Shown: positions 1 to 10,154, counted from the first letter of the stretch. The stretch: 64,000 nt of DNA from Leptospiraceae bacterium (GCA_040217195.1 JAVJNR010000005.1:553669-617668), one strand, 5' to 3'. A program made the numbers and translations. Notes: a model not told the origin generated them from the sequence alone.

Positions 1-487
1 GAGCCTGAGGAGTAAAAATGGGGATGCTGCGCTGCGACTGAGCCAGATAATCGAACATTGGACTGTTTCGTGTATCCAGTTCGCCCACATGATCAAAGTG
101 AGTATGCGAAATGAATATCGCATCCAGGGATTCCCAGGATATCCCCAGATTTTCCATGTTTTCTACAAGTGCTGATGGATTCTCCTTTGCCGGATTGTGG
201 CCAAGGTCGAATAGCACTGTTCCTCGGTTTGTGCGAATTAAATAGGAAACTCCTACCTCGGCACGAAGGTGCGGCATACCTGCGTCGGATCGATCCCGGG
301 CTGGATGAAAGTTTACCAGGGGCAAGATGGAAAGCTCTTGAACTTCATCCAGATCCCGCACAAGTGCTGCTCCGGGTATCCAGTCATTGTCCACGGCTTT
401 CGCATTAAAGTAGTGATAGACCAGGACGCCGGAAATTGTAGTCAGAATCACCAGCGCTCCAATGATCCATTTCTTGCCGTTTCTCAT
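1..487 (-). CDS. MBL-fold metallo-hydrolase with N-terminal membrane anchor (runs off the left edge; absent from the ORF track)
   Basis: Manual translation from ATG at 487: MRNGKKWIIGALVILTTISGVLVYHYF...GVSYLIRTNRGTVLFDLG...DAIFISHTHFDHVGE. Has the HxHxDH motif and starts 2 nt after the DUF3703 stop. Confidence 0.85.
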   Translation of the reverse strand, partial: MRNGKKWIIGALVILTTISGVLVYHYFNAKAVDNDWIPGAALVRDLDEVQELSILPLVNFHPARDRSDAGMPHLRAEVGVSYLIRTNRGTVLFDLGHNPAKENPSALVENMENLGISWESLDAIFISHTHFDHVGELDTRNSPMFDYLAQSQRSIPIFTPQA

Positions 488-489
488 GA

Positions 490-846
490 TCAACTCAGAA
501 AGGGTTCCAGATCTTCGGGTACAGGCATGGGGCGCACCGGGCTAACATTCGAGCCTCCAGTGTTTCCAATCGGCACCCAGAGTCTGGAGACTACCAGTGA
601 GGCCAGGATGCGAAATAGCTGTCCAATCATTTCGCGCAGGTCACCTCTGTGATAGCCAATCTTGAACATCCACCAGTGGGATTGGGTATGAGCAATCATG
701 TAGGATTGGCTCAGTATATGTACCCGTTCCAATCGATAGAAAGCTCGGTCCCATTCTTTTCTTCCGTAGAAGTCCAGGGCTAGTTTCATCTCTTCGTTTA
801 GCTTTTCCATTTGCCTTGAAGGCATCTTCCATGTTGTAAGATTCAT
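490..846 (-). CDS. DUF3703 family protein
   Basis: Motifs LERVHILSQ, HWWM, EMIGQLFR, PIGNTGGSNVS, PMPVPEDL. Confidence 0.85.
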   Translation of the reverse strand: MNLTTWKMPSRQMEKLNEEMKLALDFYGRKEWDRAFYRLERVHILSQSYMIAHTQSHWWMFKIGYHRGDLREMIGQLFRILASLVVSRLWVPIGNTGGSNVSPVRPMPVPEDLEPFLS

Positions 847-1098
847 GATATTATTCTAGTCCTCTTGATTCTGGAAAACTTGAAGAAACTGGCTATCGGC
901 CTTAAAATTCGGAACATTGGTATTTGCTTCCCTTGCTGCCATTTCGAAACCGGAAACAGACTTCCCGGGTATAAAAATACAAACCCGGTCTTCACCTTGC
1001 TGTGAAACTATTTCCTTTTGAGCAATCATGGGTAGATCATTAGGATTTGACTGTGGACCGGCGGAAAAAACAATTCAGCCGGGAGTGAGACGTCCAGA

Positions 1099-1854
1099 AT
1101 GACTGAAAGAAATTTATTTCTATTTCCGGATCGCTCGCTGTTTGTAGGGCCCCTCACCGACAACGGAATGCATTCCCATCATGCACTGCAAATTGTGTAT
1201 TCTCCAGGACCGGTAACCGTTGAACTTGAGAAGCAGGTCCTGAAGTCTTCGCTTACTGTTATCGGGCCCAACGTCAAACATGCTGTCACGGGAAACCATC
1301 CATTGCAGTGTATCCTCCTTCTGGATGGAGAGAGTTCACTTTGTCAGTCCATCGTCCGCAACTGCCTGGAGAATAAGGAAGTTCTTTCTCTGAGTCTATC
1401 CTCCCATGTTCCATTTGATGTATCCAATGGCGATTCCCCTTCCAGGTGGATTGAAGGACTTATGACTTTCTTGCCTGGACAGCCACTCCGCGAAAAGACC
1501 GTTGCTCTGGATGAGCGAATCGCATCTGCATGTACCTACATTCAGAATGATCGGGATCTACGGGCTTCCCTGATTGAACTTGCTCAGCATACCGGCTTAT
1601 CCGAGGGTCGATTTACCCATCTTTTCAAAGAACAGATGGGTATTCCACTTCGAAGGTACATACTATGGTTGCGAATCAGGCGAGCCATAGAAGCACTGAA
1701 AGAAGGACTGTCCCTCACCGATGCAGCCTATGAAGCAGGATTCGCGGATCAAGCTCATATGAGCCGGAGTTTTAAGGAGAGTTTCGGTTCCAGTCCCGCT
1801 GAACTATTGACAGCCCGGGGAAATGTCAGAATTACATTCTGCGCTCCTTCCTGA
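1099..1854 (+). CDS. AraC family transcriptional regulator
   Basis: N-terminal HSHHALQ cupin; C-terminal double HTH (LSEGRFTHLFKEQMG...AAYEAGFADQAHMSRSFK). Confidence 0.95.
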   Translation: MTERNLFLFPDRSLFVGPLTDNGMHSHHALQIVYSPGPVTVELEKQVLKSSLTVIGPNVKHAVTGNHPLQCILLLDGESSLCQSIVRNCLENKEVLSLSLSSHVPFDVSNGDSPSRWIEGLMTFLPGQPLREKTVALDERIASACTYIQNDRDLRASLIELAQHTGLSEGRFTHLFKEQMGIPLRRYILWLRIRRAIEALKEGLSLTDAAYEAGFADQAHMSRSFKESFGSSPAELLTARGNVRITFCAPS

Positions 1855-1901
1855 ATCGTTACTCTAATGGTTTCCGCAGGTTGCTGACACAAAATTGTTC
1901 G

Positions 1902-2429
1902 TTAGATGGTGGAACCGGCTTTGAATCCTTTCGTCTGGTTTCTGGCTATCCTTTTGCTGTGAGCTCTGGAGGTGCCGATTTTCGAGTCAGTGGATTCCCT
2001 GGTATTGTTCATTCCAATGTTTGCAGTCTTGCCTTCCATTGATTGCACCAGTTCTTTAATCCCTTCAGTTCCTTTATGAGGGTTGCTTCTACAGTGATTC
2101 AGCAAAGCATTTACATTCTCTCTAATTACCTGCAGTGAACGAATCTTCGCATCCAGCTGCTCACTTTTTAAGGCCATTTTCCTTTCCATGGCTTCGGAAG
2201 CCTCTTTTCTGGACCGGCCCAGCAATTCCAGAAACTCTCGGATTTCATACAGACTGAAACCCAGCTTCTTTACCTGATCTACAAAAATCAGAGAATACAT
2301 GGCCTGCTCGCCGTATTCCTTATAGCTATTCTCCCGGCGCTGATCGGCACGAATTAATCCATACTTCTCATAATAACGAATTGTATGCCTGCTTATGCCA
2401 GTGCGTCTAGATAGCTCCAGAATCAACAT
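1902..2429 (-). CDS. MerR family transcriptional regulator
   Basis: ELSRRTGISRHTIRYYEKYGLI HTH, LGFSLYEIREFL, coiled coil, one Cys near the C-terminus. Confidence 0.93.
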   Translation of the reverse strand: MLILELSRRTGISRHTIRYYEKYGLIRADQRRENSYKEYGEQAMYSLIFVDQVKKLGFSLYEIREFLELLGRSRKEASEAMERKMALKSEQLDAKIRSLQVIRENVNALLNHCRSNPHKGTEGIKELVQSMEGKTANIGMNNTRESTDSKIGTSRAHSKRIARNQTKGFKAGSTI

Positions 2430-2505
2430 TTGGTTCTCCTGGCCAAACAGTAACGTCTGCCCTCCCAGGGGTCAGTGATTTTTTTTGTTTTTTACCGGCC
2501 GGCCC

Positions 2506-2537
2506 TTGACATTAGAGTTAGCTCTAAGGTATAGAAT
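2506..2537 (+). promoter_or_regulatory. MerR-type promoter: TTGACA, long spacer containing a dyad, TAGAAT
   Basis: TTGACA at 2506-2511; dyad TTAGAG-ttag-CTCTAA at 2512-2527; TAGAAT at 2532-2537 (20-bp spacer); lies between the divergent merR and DJ-1 genes. Confidence 0.8.
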
Positions 2538-2621
2538 GTATTCCTGTATCCCGGGCCCGCGGTCATACCCTGTAGAGGGTATCGTTGTGGTGCCGAATCC
2601 CTTGGGGATCAGGAGGAATTC

Positions 2622-3575
2622 ATGACTCAGTCAGATAAGAAGGGCGCAGCCCCGAAAATGGAGCATATGCGAAGTAAGTTAATCGGAATCAATCCGCGGG
2701 ATGCCATCCCGGGTAGCGAGCCAGGGCTGCCGACCTTTAGTTCGAAGAAACGTGCCAGGAGGCGCGTCCAGATGTTTACAGTTGCGGTCACTTTGTGCGC
2801 CCTTCTGGGAGTAGCCTGCAGTAACCAGGTCCTGGGCCAGCCAACCGTGAAAAATAGTCCGGCGCGCGAGGCTCTGGGAAATAAAAAGGTGCTCATCGTA
2901 ATCTCTGCTTATCCGAAGTACGGCGAATTAGATGAGCCCACCGGATACTGGCTTTCCGAAATTACCCATTTCTATCATGTACTGGCCCGGCATGGCATTG
3001 AAATGGACATCGCTTCGCCCGGCGGAAAACCAGGTGTGATGGATCCGCGAAGCGATGATATGGATGATCCTCTGAATGCTGCTTTCTGGAACGATGTAGA
3101 TTTGAAGTCTCAGCTAGATAATCCACTGGATCCAGCGGAACTTAATGCGGAAGACTACGGAGTTATCTACTTTGCCGGAGGACATGGAACCATGTGGGAT
3201 TTCACCGATTCAAAACCACTGTCCCAACTTACTGTCAGCATCTATGAAAACGATGGTATCGTTAGCGCCGTATGCCATGGTCCGGCCGGCCTGATCAATG
3301 TAAAACTCTCAAATGGCAGTTATCTGCTGCAGGGCCGTAATGTGACTGGATTCGCCAACTTCGAAGAGACTTTAATCGGAAAAACGGATATGGTGCCCTA
3401 TCTTCTGGAGGACAAACTTAAAGAACGGGGAGGAATTTATTCCAATGCATTTATTCCTTTCACCTCATATGCAGTGACGGATGGACGTCTGGTTACAGGC
3501 CAGAATCCTTTTTCCACGGTCGATGTGGCCCAACATGTCATTCAAGTGCTTTCCTCTCAATCGATGAAACAATGA
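2622..3575 (+). CDS. DJ-1/PfpI (Hsp31/glyoxalase III-like, type 1 GATase fold) protein, probable lipoprotein
   Basis: TGYWLSEITH, FAGGHGTMWD, SAVCHGPAGL, LVTGQNP; hydrophobic stretch ending LLGVAC; AGGAGG RBS. Confidence 0.9.
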   Translation: MTQSDKKGAAPKMEHMRSKLIGINPRDAIPGSEPGLPTFSSKKRARRRVQMFTVAVTLCALLGVACSNQVLGQPTVKNSPAREALGNKKVLIVISAYPKYGELDEPTGYWLSEITHFYHVLARHGIEMDIASPGGKPGVMDPRSDDMDDPLNAAFWNDVDLKSQLDNPLDPAELNAEDYGVIYFAGGHGTMWDFTDSKPLSQLTVSIYENDGIVSAVCHGPAGLINVKLSNGSYLLQGRNVTGFANFEETLIGKTDMVPYLLEDKLKERGGIYSNAFIPFTSYAVTDGRLVTGQNPFSTVDVAQHVIQVLSSQSMKQ

Positions 3576-3734
3576 AAGCCGGGTTTCGCTTCAGATAGGC
3601 GTGACCCTGACTGAAAGAGATATGCTCAGGGTAATAAGAAAAAAGCCGGGGCAGGAAACTGGCGCACAACAATTTAGGCCGTGCAATGTATCCCCTGGAC
3701 AGGCTCCGGACCCCTGGGGGCCCGGAGCGATCTG

Positions 3735-5423
3735 TCAGGCTGCTGCGCCGGCCTTCTCCCTGGCGGGCTTTGGCGCCGCATGTCGTATGAGGTAGTCGAA
3801 TGCGCTCAAGGAAGCGGTAGCTCCATGCCCCAGAGCCACAACGATTTGCTTGTAGGGAACGTTTGTCACATCACCGCAGGCAAATACTCCCGGCACATTC
3901 GTCTGGCACTTTTCATCCACAAGGATTTCGCCCATTGTGTTTAGATTCAGAAATCCTTCTGCGAATCCGCTGTTGGGCAGCAATCCGATCTGGACAAATA
4001 TTCCGTCCACTTTCAGTTCTCTGGTTTCGCCGGAATCTCGATCTGTATACTGCAAACCGGTAACTCCTTTTTCATCGGCAATCACTTCTGTAGTCATGGC
4101 AGACTTGATAACAGCAATGTTTTCCCGGTCCTCCATGCGAGATTGCAGAACCTGATCTGCCTTTAACTCCGGAGCAAACTCCAGCACAGTGACACTCTTG
4201 GTAATTCCAGCCAGGTCCAGGGCCGCTTCTACCCCGGAGTTTCCTCCGCCTATAACCGCCACATCTTTTCCTTTGAAGAAAGGACCATCGCAGTGAGGAC
4301 AGAAGGCAACGCCTCGACCCAGGTTTTCCATTTCTCCTGGAACGTTCATTTCCCGCCATCGGGCACCGGTAGCCACAATTACGGTTCGAGAGCGGACTTC
4401 ACGGCCGGTATTTAGATGCAGGGATTTAGTATCCCCCAGATCCTCCATTGATTCCACGCGAAGATGTTCGCGAACCACAACTCCGTGGGCCTTCAATTGC
4501 TCGGCCAGTGTACCGGACAATTTTGGTCCCGTGGTGCTGGGTATGGCCACTAGATTTTCAATGTCCATTGTATCTTTGACCTGTCCACCCAGGCGATCTG
4601 CGATAACGGTAACTTTCAGCCCTTTCCTTGCACTGTAGATGGCCGCTGCAACTCCGCCTGGACCTCCACCAACGATGGCCACGTCGAACACTTCATTGGA
4701 GGCCCTGGTTGCTTCTGCATCCCTGGAAGACTCTTCACCGGCCACAGGAGACTTGCCGGATTTCGGTGGAACGGATGCAGAACTCTGGTTCGCGGCTCGT
4801 TCCATAAGCCTGGAGATAATGGTGGAAGCATCCACCTTACCCGAGCTGAACGGTTCTCCATTTAGGAAGACAGCGGGTACTCCCTGCACCTTGTATTTTT
4901 CCACAACCTCCGGATACAACGATCCATCAATCATATCGTGACTTATGGCTCCACTGACCAGGCTCAATGAATTCAAAGTTTGAACCACATCTGGACAGTT
5001 ATGGCAATCCAGAGAAACCACAGTTTCAAAATGCAGCTCTCCGCCAAGCCGGGACATCATATCGATTACATCTTCATCCAGCCGAACCGGAACACCTCCG
5101 GCCTGCAGAATGGCCAGAATCAAAGAGTTGAATTCATGGCCGCCGGGAACTCCACGAAAACGAATCCCGGTAGACTCTCCTGCAGAAAGTACATAAAAAG
5201 TTAAGCCATCAGAATTAGATTCGGTGTATCCGGAGCCGGAGAACTTTTCGCTGCTTTCAGCCTCTATAAGTTCTACCTTCGGCGAAGCAGAGGCCACACC
5301 CTGAAGCATTCCCATTAACTCCTGGCGCTTTTCATGTTCACCGGAATGCAAAACCAGGGTTACTTCCTTTTCCAGTCTTTCGAAATATTGCTTTAATTGC
5401 TCGATCAGTTGATTGTCTAACAT
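3735..5423 (-). CDS. ahpF: Alkyl hydroperoxide reductase subunit F
   Basis: N-terminal domain [13 protein letters not shown] and CHNC; GGGPGG FAD motif; CPHCDG; GGGNSG NADH motif; downstream of ahpC. Confidence 0.97.
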   Translation of the reverse strand: MLDNQLIEQLKQYFERLEKEVTLVLHSGEHEKRQELMGMLQGVASASPKVELIEAESSEKFSGSGYTESNSDGLTFYVLSAGESTGIRFRGVPGGHEFNSLILAILQAGGVPVRLDEDVIDMMSRLGGELHFETVVSLDCHNCPDVVQTLNSLSLVSGAISHDMIDGSLYPEVVEKYKVQGVPAVFLNGEPFSSGKVDASTIISRLMERAANQSSASVPPKSGKSPVAGEESSRDAEATRASNEVFDVAIVGGGPGGVAAAIYSARKGLKVTVIADRLGGQVKDTMDIENLVAIPSTTGPKLSGTLAEQLKAHGVVVREHLRVESMEDLGDTKSLHLNTGREVRSRTVIVATGARWREMNVPGEMENLGRGVAFCPHCDGPFFKGKDVAVIGGGNSGVEAALDLAGITKSVTVLEFAPELKADQVLQSRMEDRENIAVIKSAMTTEVIADEKGVTGLQYTDRDSGETRELKVDGIFVQIGLLPNSGFAEGFLNLNTMGEILVDEKCQTNVPGVFACGDVTNVPYKQIVVALGHGATASLSAFDYLIRHAAPKPAREKAGAAA

Positions 5424-5567
5424 ACCGTCCTCCTCCAGTTTCTAACGCCGGCCCGAATAAAGTTTCGAACCGGGCTAGCGCTCTTAATCAAATTTAAATA
5501 ATTGCAGGCCCGGGTATAGCCGCCCGGGCATCGGCTTAAAAATGGTTCAGATGCTCTTAAATGTATC

Positions 5568-6131
5568 TTAGATCTTGCCTACAAGGTCCAGACCGGGCTT
5601 AAGAGTTTCTTTTCCTGGCTGCCAATTTGCAGGGCATACTTCGCCGTCATTGGCTGCAACATACTGAGCTGCTTTCACTTTACGAACCAGCTCGTCAGCA
5701 GAACGACCAATTCCATCGCTGTGCACTTCGTAAGCGCGAACGATTCCTTCCGGATCCACTACAAAGCTTCCTCGGAAAGCCAGTCCCACTTCTTCATCCA
5801 TCACGTCGAAACCTCGAGTAAGTTCCCCTTTGGGATCACCCAGCATTGGAAATTGAATCTTCTTGATGGTATCCGATGCTTCATGCCATGCTTTGTGCAC
5901 GAAATGAGTGTCTGTGGACACCGAGTAAACTTCTACACCAGCGCTTTTAAGATCCTCATAGTGATCTGCTACATCACCCAGCTCAGTGGGGCATACGAAA
6001 GTGAAATCAGCCGGATAAAAGAAAAACACCGACCATTTACCCTTCACATCCTCTGAAGTAATAGATTTGAATTCGCCTTCATGAAAGGCTTCCAGTTTGA
6101 AATGTGGAATTGCTTGATTGATTTTTGCCAT
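5568..6131 (-). CDS. ahpC: Alkyl hydroperoxide reductase subunit C (2-Cys peroxiredoxin)
   Basis: [14 protein letters not shown] and GEVCPANW; start moved to ATG 6131 behind a GGAGG RBS. Confidence 0.97.
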   Translation of the reverse strand: MAKINQAIPHFKLEAFHEGEFKSITSEDVKGKWSVFFFYPADFTFVCPTELGDVADHYEDLKSAGVEVYSVSTDTHFVHKAWHEASDTIKKIQFPMLGDPKGELTRGFDVMDEEVGLAFRGSFVVDPEGIVRAYEVHSDGIGRSADELVRKVKAAQYVAANDGEVCPANWQPGKETLKPGLDLVGKI

Positions 6132-6154
6132 TTGGCTACCTCCTAACTGCACTC

Positions 6155-6219
6155 AGTATACATCAGAAGGACGCATTTACAAAATATATTGTATCAATCA
6201 ATACATAGCTAAAATCAAT
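6155..6219 (-). promoter_or_regulatory. Putative ahpC promoter with OxyR-type operator
   Basis: Minus-strand -10 TATACT at 6155-6160; four-box pattern ATAT-N7-CAAT-N6-ATAG-N7-CAAT at 6184-6219 abutting the -35 region; oxyR nearby. Confidence 0.6.
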
Positions 6220-6396
6220 ACAGAGGCAGAGGCAATGCCAGGATTCCACCTCAGAGACTGATTGGATGTGTATTGGGGAAAGGCCGTTCCTCCGGGCATT
6301 AGTCCGGCCCTTGAATGTGTCCACAGTTGATCAAGGAGGTCGTGCCAGGAGTAGTAATTACCTCGGCCACGGCCAGGACTGCAAAGAAGGTTCGTT

Positions 6397-7005
6397 TCAG
6401 TGCCTGCAGTATGCAAAAAATGGTAGAATCCAATCCTCGCAAAAATTGATCAGGCCCAGTTGGATGGCCGAGCTGCCGGTGTTTATAAGACCAATCTGGA
6501 TGCCTGCCCCAACATTCACCGGAGCAATGCTAACGTAGGACCATCCGAAATTAATCAGTCCAAGCTGAAGAGCACTGCTGGCAGTTTCATTGTAAAGCCC
6601 CACATTCAGGCCAGATATAAGCGTCTGATTGACCAGCCCAAGATTCAGCCCGGACATGGCCGACCGATTTACGGCTCCAGCACTGATAAAAGCGGCCCCG
6701 CTTTCGTTGTACCCACCAACATTTAGAACTGCGAATTCATTTTCTCCGGAAATCAGATTCAGTTGTAAAAAGCGTTCCCGTTTCTCTCTTTCCTGTGGAG
6801 GAATGGATAGCTCAACGTCCGAAATAATGGAAAATGCAATGCAATTTCCTGTGAGCCACATAGCGGCAAGGAGCAGGCCACCGCGAAGGCAGTAAAGGGT
6901 GGCTCGCTGCAAATCGACGTTTACGCTCTTTTTTGATTCTTGGATTTTGCATATTTCCAGTTCCTGGATTGTCCTCGAACAAAATTTCTCGGATCCTACC
7001 ACCAT
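6397..7005 (-). CDS. Surface-repeat lipoprotein (LA_2272-like GLxxGLxN repeats); true start probably 6860-6920
   Basis: Repeats GLNLGLVN, GLNVGLYN, ALQLGLIN, GIQIGLIN, AIQLGLIN; lipobox-like LTGNC. Confidence 0.7.
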   Translation of the reverse strand: MVVGSEKFCSRTIQELEICKIQESKKSVNVDLQRATLYCLRGGLLLAAMWLTGNCIAFSIISDVELSIPPQEREKRERFLQLNLISGENEFAVLNVGGYNESGAAFISAGAVNRSAMSGLNLGLVNQTLISGLNVGLYNETASSALQLGLINFGWSYVSIAPVNVGAGIQIGLINTGSSAIQLGLINFCEDWILPFFAYCRH

Positions 7006-7014
7006 CGATAAATA

Positions 7015-7932
7015 TCAGTCCAGCACATCTTCGGCACCGATGAGCTTTCGATCCTTTTGCTGATGCAGATCCTCCGGAACATTGGCCAGGATGGTTTCCT
7101 GAAGAGCCTTCAATAGTCGGCTTTTATAGAATGATTTTCCATGAATGATTCCAATCTCTCGAACCGGCTCTGGATCCTGAAATCGCACAACTCGATCGCT
7201 TTTAAGGTTGGCCGAAAGTAACGGTAGAAGCGTGGCCCCCATTCCCTGATCGACCATTTTCTTAATCGTATCCAGGCTGCCACATTCGATTTTGCCTGCA
7301 TTACCCTGGCCGCATAATTTCAATGATTGGTGGCGAAAACAGTGCTCCTCGCCCAGAAGAATCATATCGGTTCCCTGAAGATCATCCAGTGCAATTCGCT
7401 TCTCAGGTACTTTCGCATCTGGCGGGAAATACACTACAAAAGGCTCATAGTAGAGCGGAAGCTCATCGATCATTCGCTCATTCAAAGGCGTGGCCAGAAT
7501 CCCAAGGTCCAATTCTTCATTTTGAATCTTCTGTAAAATCTGGCTGGTGGGCAGTTCATGGATATAGAACTCGGCTTCAGGATATTTCACCTTTAACTTC
7601 TTGAATATTTTTGGCAGCAAGTAGGAAGAAACCGTGGGAATAATGCCGAGTCTGATTTTCCCGCGAAGAGCTCCTGTATCATCTTCAAATTCCTCAAGCA
7701 ATGAATCCGCTTCGTCCAGTATTCGACGAGCATAGGCCTCCACCTTCTTTCCAGGCTCGGTCAGTCGGATGGGACTCTTCTTTCGATCAAATATTTCTAT
7801 GCCCAGTTCTTGCTCCAGTTTTTGAATCTGAATGCTTAGAGTGGGTTGCGCCACCAGACTGTGTTGTGCGGCCTTACCAAAGCTTCCGTGCCGTGCCAGA
7901 GCCAGCACGTATCTCAACTGCGTAAGGGTCAT
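7015..7932 (-). CDS. oxyR: Hydrogen peroxide-sensing LysR regulator OxyR
   Basis: LysR HTH (QPTLSIQIQKLEQELG); redox Cys pair EEHCFRHQSLKLC; adjacent to ahpCF. Confidence 0.92.
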   Translation of the reverse strand: MTLTQLRYVLALARHGSFGKAAQHSLVAQPTLSIQIQKLEQELGIEIFDRKKSPIRLTEPGKKVEAYARRILDEADSLLEEFEDDTGALRGKIRLGIIPTVSSYLLPKIFKKLKVKYPEAEFYIHELPTSQILQKIQNEELDLGILATPLNERMIDELPLYYEPFVVYFPPDAKVPEKRIALDDLQGTDMILLGEEHCFRHQSLKLCGQGNAGKIECGSLDTIKKMVDQGMGATLLPLLSANLKSDRVVRFQDPEPVREIGIIHGKSFYKSRLLKALQETILANVPEDLHQQKDRKLIGAEDVLD

Positions 7933-8116
7933 GGTTCAGAAAAACCGGACCGGCCCCGTGCAGACCAGCCATTTCTAAACCGGAATCTTTACCAGAAATC
8001 TCATTTTCTTCCCCGCTTTAAAATCCAGGTCCAATCATATGAACTATGTCATTCCTTCGATCGGGTACTCCGGTCTAAGCGATTGACAGTAAATGCATGC
8101 GAGCTTCAATGCTATC

Positions 8117-9013
8117 ATGAGCATTCGTTTCAGAAATTGGGCACCATTGACTGTACTAATTGCAGCCCTACTTCTTCCCAGCCCGGATTCGGCCAGGGCC
8201 GAGGACCTGCCAGGTCATGTTAGTTACAGTTCTCTTTGCTGCCTGATCGAAACGTTGAAGTCTGATGGTATCAAGTTCACATTTGAAACCGGGGAGATCC
8301 AGCAACTGGATGATAAGGCCATCTCCCATTGGGAAGGCCGTACCTTCTTATTTATGAAGCCTGAAAACGCCAGACAGTTGTTTTCCATGAAAATTCAATC
8401 CGCGCGCCAACGGTTGCAGAGGCAGCATCTAGAACATACAACGGTTGAGTTTCAAAGATTGAGATTGGGGAAAAGAAGCTTTCTACTAAGTGTTTATAGC
8501 ACAAGTCCCGTAAGCCGTGCCACAGCGGTATGGACTTCCAATGCAGAGTTTAGATTCAGCGTACAGGGTGATCTGCTGGCTGTCGATCCTCCGAACTGGA
8601 AACGCAAGACTTTCCGACTCTATTTCTGGAATCCTACAGGTTCTGACCTGGCAATCGTTGATTATACTCCTGAGAAGGGAATTTTCGATCCCATCCTTGC
8701 AGTATTTCATTCTGATGGGACCTTTAGCGATGGTAGCAAGAACGATCCATTTATTCCGGTAATGCGCAAGCAGTACAATCTGGAAGAGTCCATAGAACTA
8801 TTTGATCATTTTAGCAGTTTTCGCCAGGCGAAGGGAACTTTGAAAGCCAGAACAAATTTCTGGCTTCTGGCCAATCAGAAGGAATGGAATTTAATCGCCT
8901 ACAGGATGCAGCCTGATCCATCCAGGAATGAAAAAGAGGCTGTCTTTCAGCCAGAGACATTTTTTGCAGAAGTGCTATTTACAACGGCCTGGATTCGCAA
9001 AGATCTGGATTAG
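8117..9013 (+). CDS. Hypothetical exported protein
   Basis: ~300-aa ORF with signal-peptide-like N-terminus (WAPLTVLIAALLLPSPDSARA); start ATG 8117 preferred over 8093. Confidence 0.65.
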   Translation: MSIRFRNWAPLTVLIAALLLPSPDSARAEDLPGHVSYSSLCCLIETLKSDGIKFTFETGEIQQLDDKAISHWEGRTFLFMKPENARQLFSMKIQSARQRLQRQHLEHTTVEFQRLRLGKRSFLLSVYSTSPVSRATAVWTSNAEFRFSVQGDLLAVDPPNWKRKTFRLYFWNPTGSDLAIVDYTPEKGIFDPILAVFHSDGTFSDGSKNDPFIPVMRKQYNLEESIELFDHFSSFRQAKGTLKARTNFWLLANQKEWNLIAYRMQPDPSRNEKEAVFQPETFFAEVLFTTAWIRKDLD

Positions 9014-9022
9014 ACTGAGGGA

Positions 9023-10024
9023 TTAATCGAGCCAGCGATACCCCGGCACTCTTAAAAAATTCTTTTCAACCATTGCCTGGGCCACCTCAATTTGCTGCTC
9101 ATGGCCGTATCTATACGTAGTCAGCTTGCCCCGAAATCGACCACCCAGCTCCGACTCTACGATCTTCAGAAATGCCATCACATCGATCAGTTCATGCAGA
9201 ATGAATTCATAATTATGTCCATTCCATTCAAATGATTCCCGGGGATTTCTCAGACCATTTACATCGGCAAATAATACATTGGATTCGCTTACAGGAAATG
9301 GCAATGCGCCGGCACGAGCACCGCGAATAATGTCATCCGTCTCCTGCACAGAACGGAAAGAGGGTGTACGAGCTCTTGCAAGGAAAAAGAAAAACTGAGG
9401 ATTGATTTCTACCTGGATGCGCTGCCGGCCCAGAACACCGGGGTAGTCAATTTCATGATCAATAAATAGTGCTCGATCATCCGGTTCAATCAAACAATAA
9501 CCGGTTTCGAATCTGAAGGCCACCGGCGCAGCTACCGTGAAATGGCTGGCTCTACGACGGGTCTTTCGCACGTGATGCAAAAGAGCATCAAGAAAAGGAC
9601 CGTTACAGTCATCGAATGTGGGGAAACTGGACAGAGTAATGCCTATGTCCACGTCCAGGTTCAATGCATGCATAAGAGCGATTGGATGTTCAATAATCTT
9701 GATGGGGCCAAGCTGAATATTGTTCGTACCATGGATCAAATTTCTTGGTCGAAGAGCTCGTCCCCGGCTTTTTCCATCCTCCAGGTAGAACATGGGCCTG
9801 CTGCCCTTCTGGGGATAAAAGGTAATTCGCACTGGAGCATTTTCGAAAGTAGCCGTTCCTTCCACGGAAAGTGGCTTCCGCACGGTCCAGACGATTCCGG
9901 GATCCCAGTCCACATCGGCTGCAAAATGCTCGGGCACCTGAATGGGCTCGCTGCGCCCGCGAATCATGGGATGCCACTGGGTCTTTTTGTGCAAAACTTC
10001 CATAGAAACAGGGCATTGTACCAA
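9023..10024 (-). CDS. Divergent LpxC-like Zn-dependent deacetylase
   Basis: IIEHPIA (LpxC TVEH), PTFDD (PxxDGS), ARARTP (ARTF), HELID (HKxxD) and YGH (GH) in LpxC order and spacing. Confidence 0.7.
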   Translation of the reverse strand: MVQCPVSMEVLHKKTQWHPMIRGRSEPIQVPEHFAADVDWDPGIVWTVRKPLSVEGTATFENAPVRITFYPQKGSRPMFYLEDGKSRGRALRPRNLIHGTNNIQLGPIKIIEHPIALMHALNLDVDIGITLSSFPTFDDCNGPFLDALLHHVRKTRRRASHFTVAAPVAFRFETGYCLIEPDDRALFIDHEIDYPGVLGRQRIQVEINPQFFFFLARARTPSFRSVQETDDIIRGARAGALPFPVSESNVLFADVNGLRNPRESFEWNGHNYEFILHELIDVMAFLKIVESELGGRFRGKLTTYRYGHEQQIEVAQAMVEKNFLRVPGYRWLD

Positions 10025-10154
10025 GCTGTCATGTTCTGTCAGTGCTTTTCTAATTCCTTCTTAAAGTGTATTATTATGCCTGCAGCCAGAGAAAAAGGTG
10101 CGAACTAATTTCAATTCTGCTTGGCCCTGGCGAGCATTTGTAGATTCTGCGGCC

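Noticed and set aside
9542..10108. Long antisense ORFs (also 37513-38055, 45578-46144, 57004-57570, 60886-61350)
   Set aside because: They lie opposite well-supported genes and have atypical composition.
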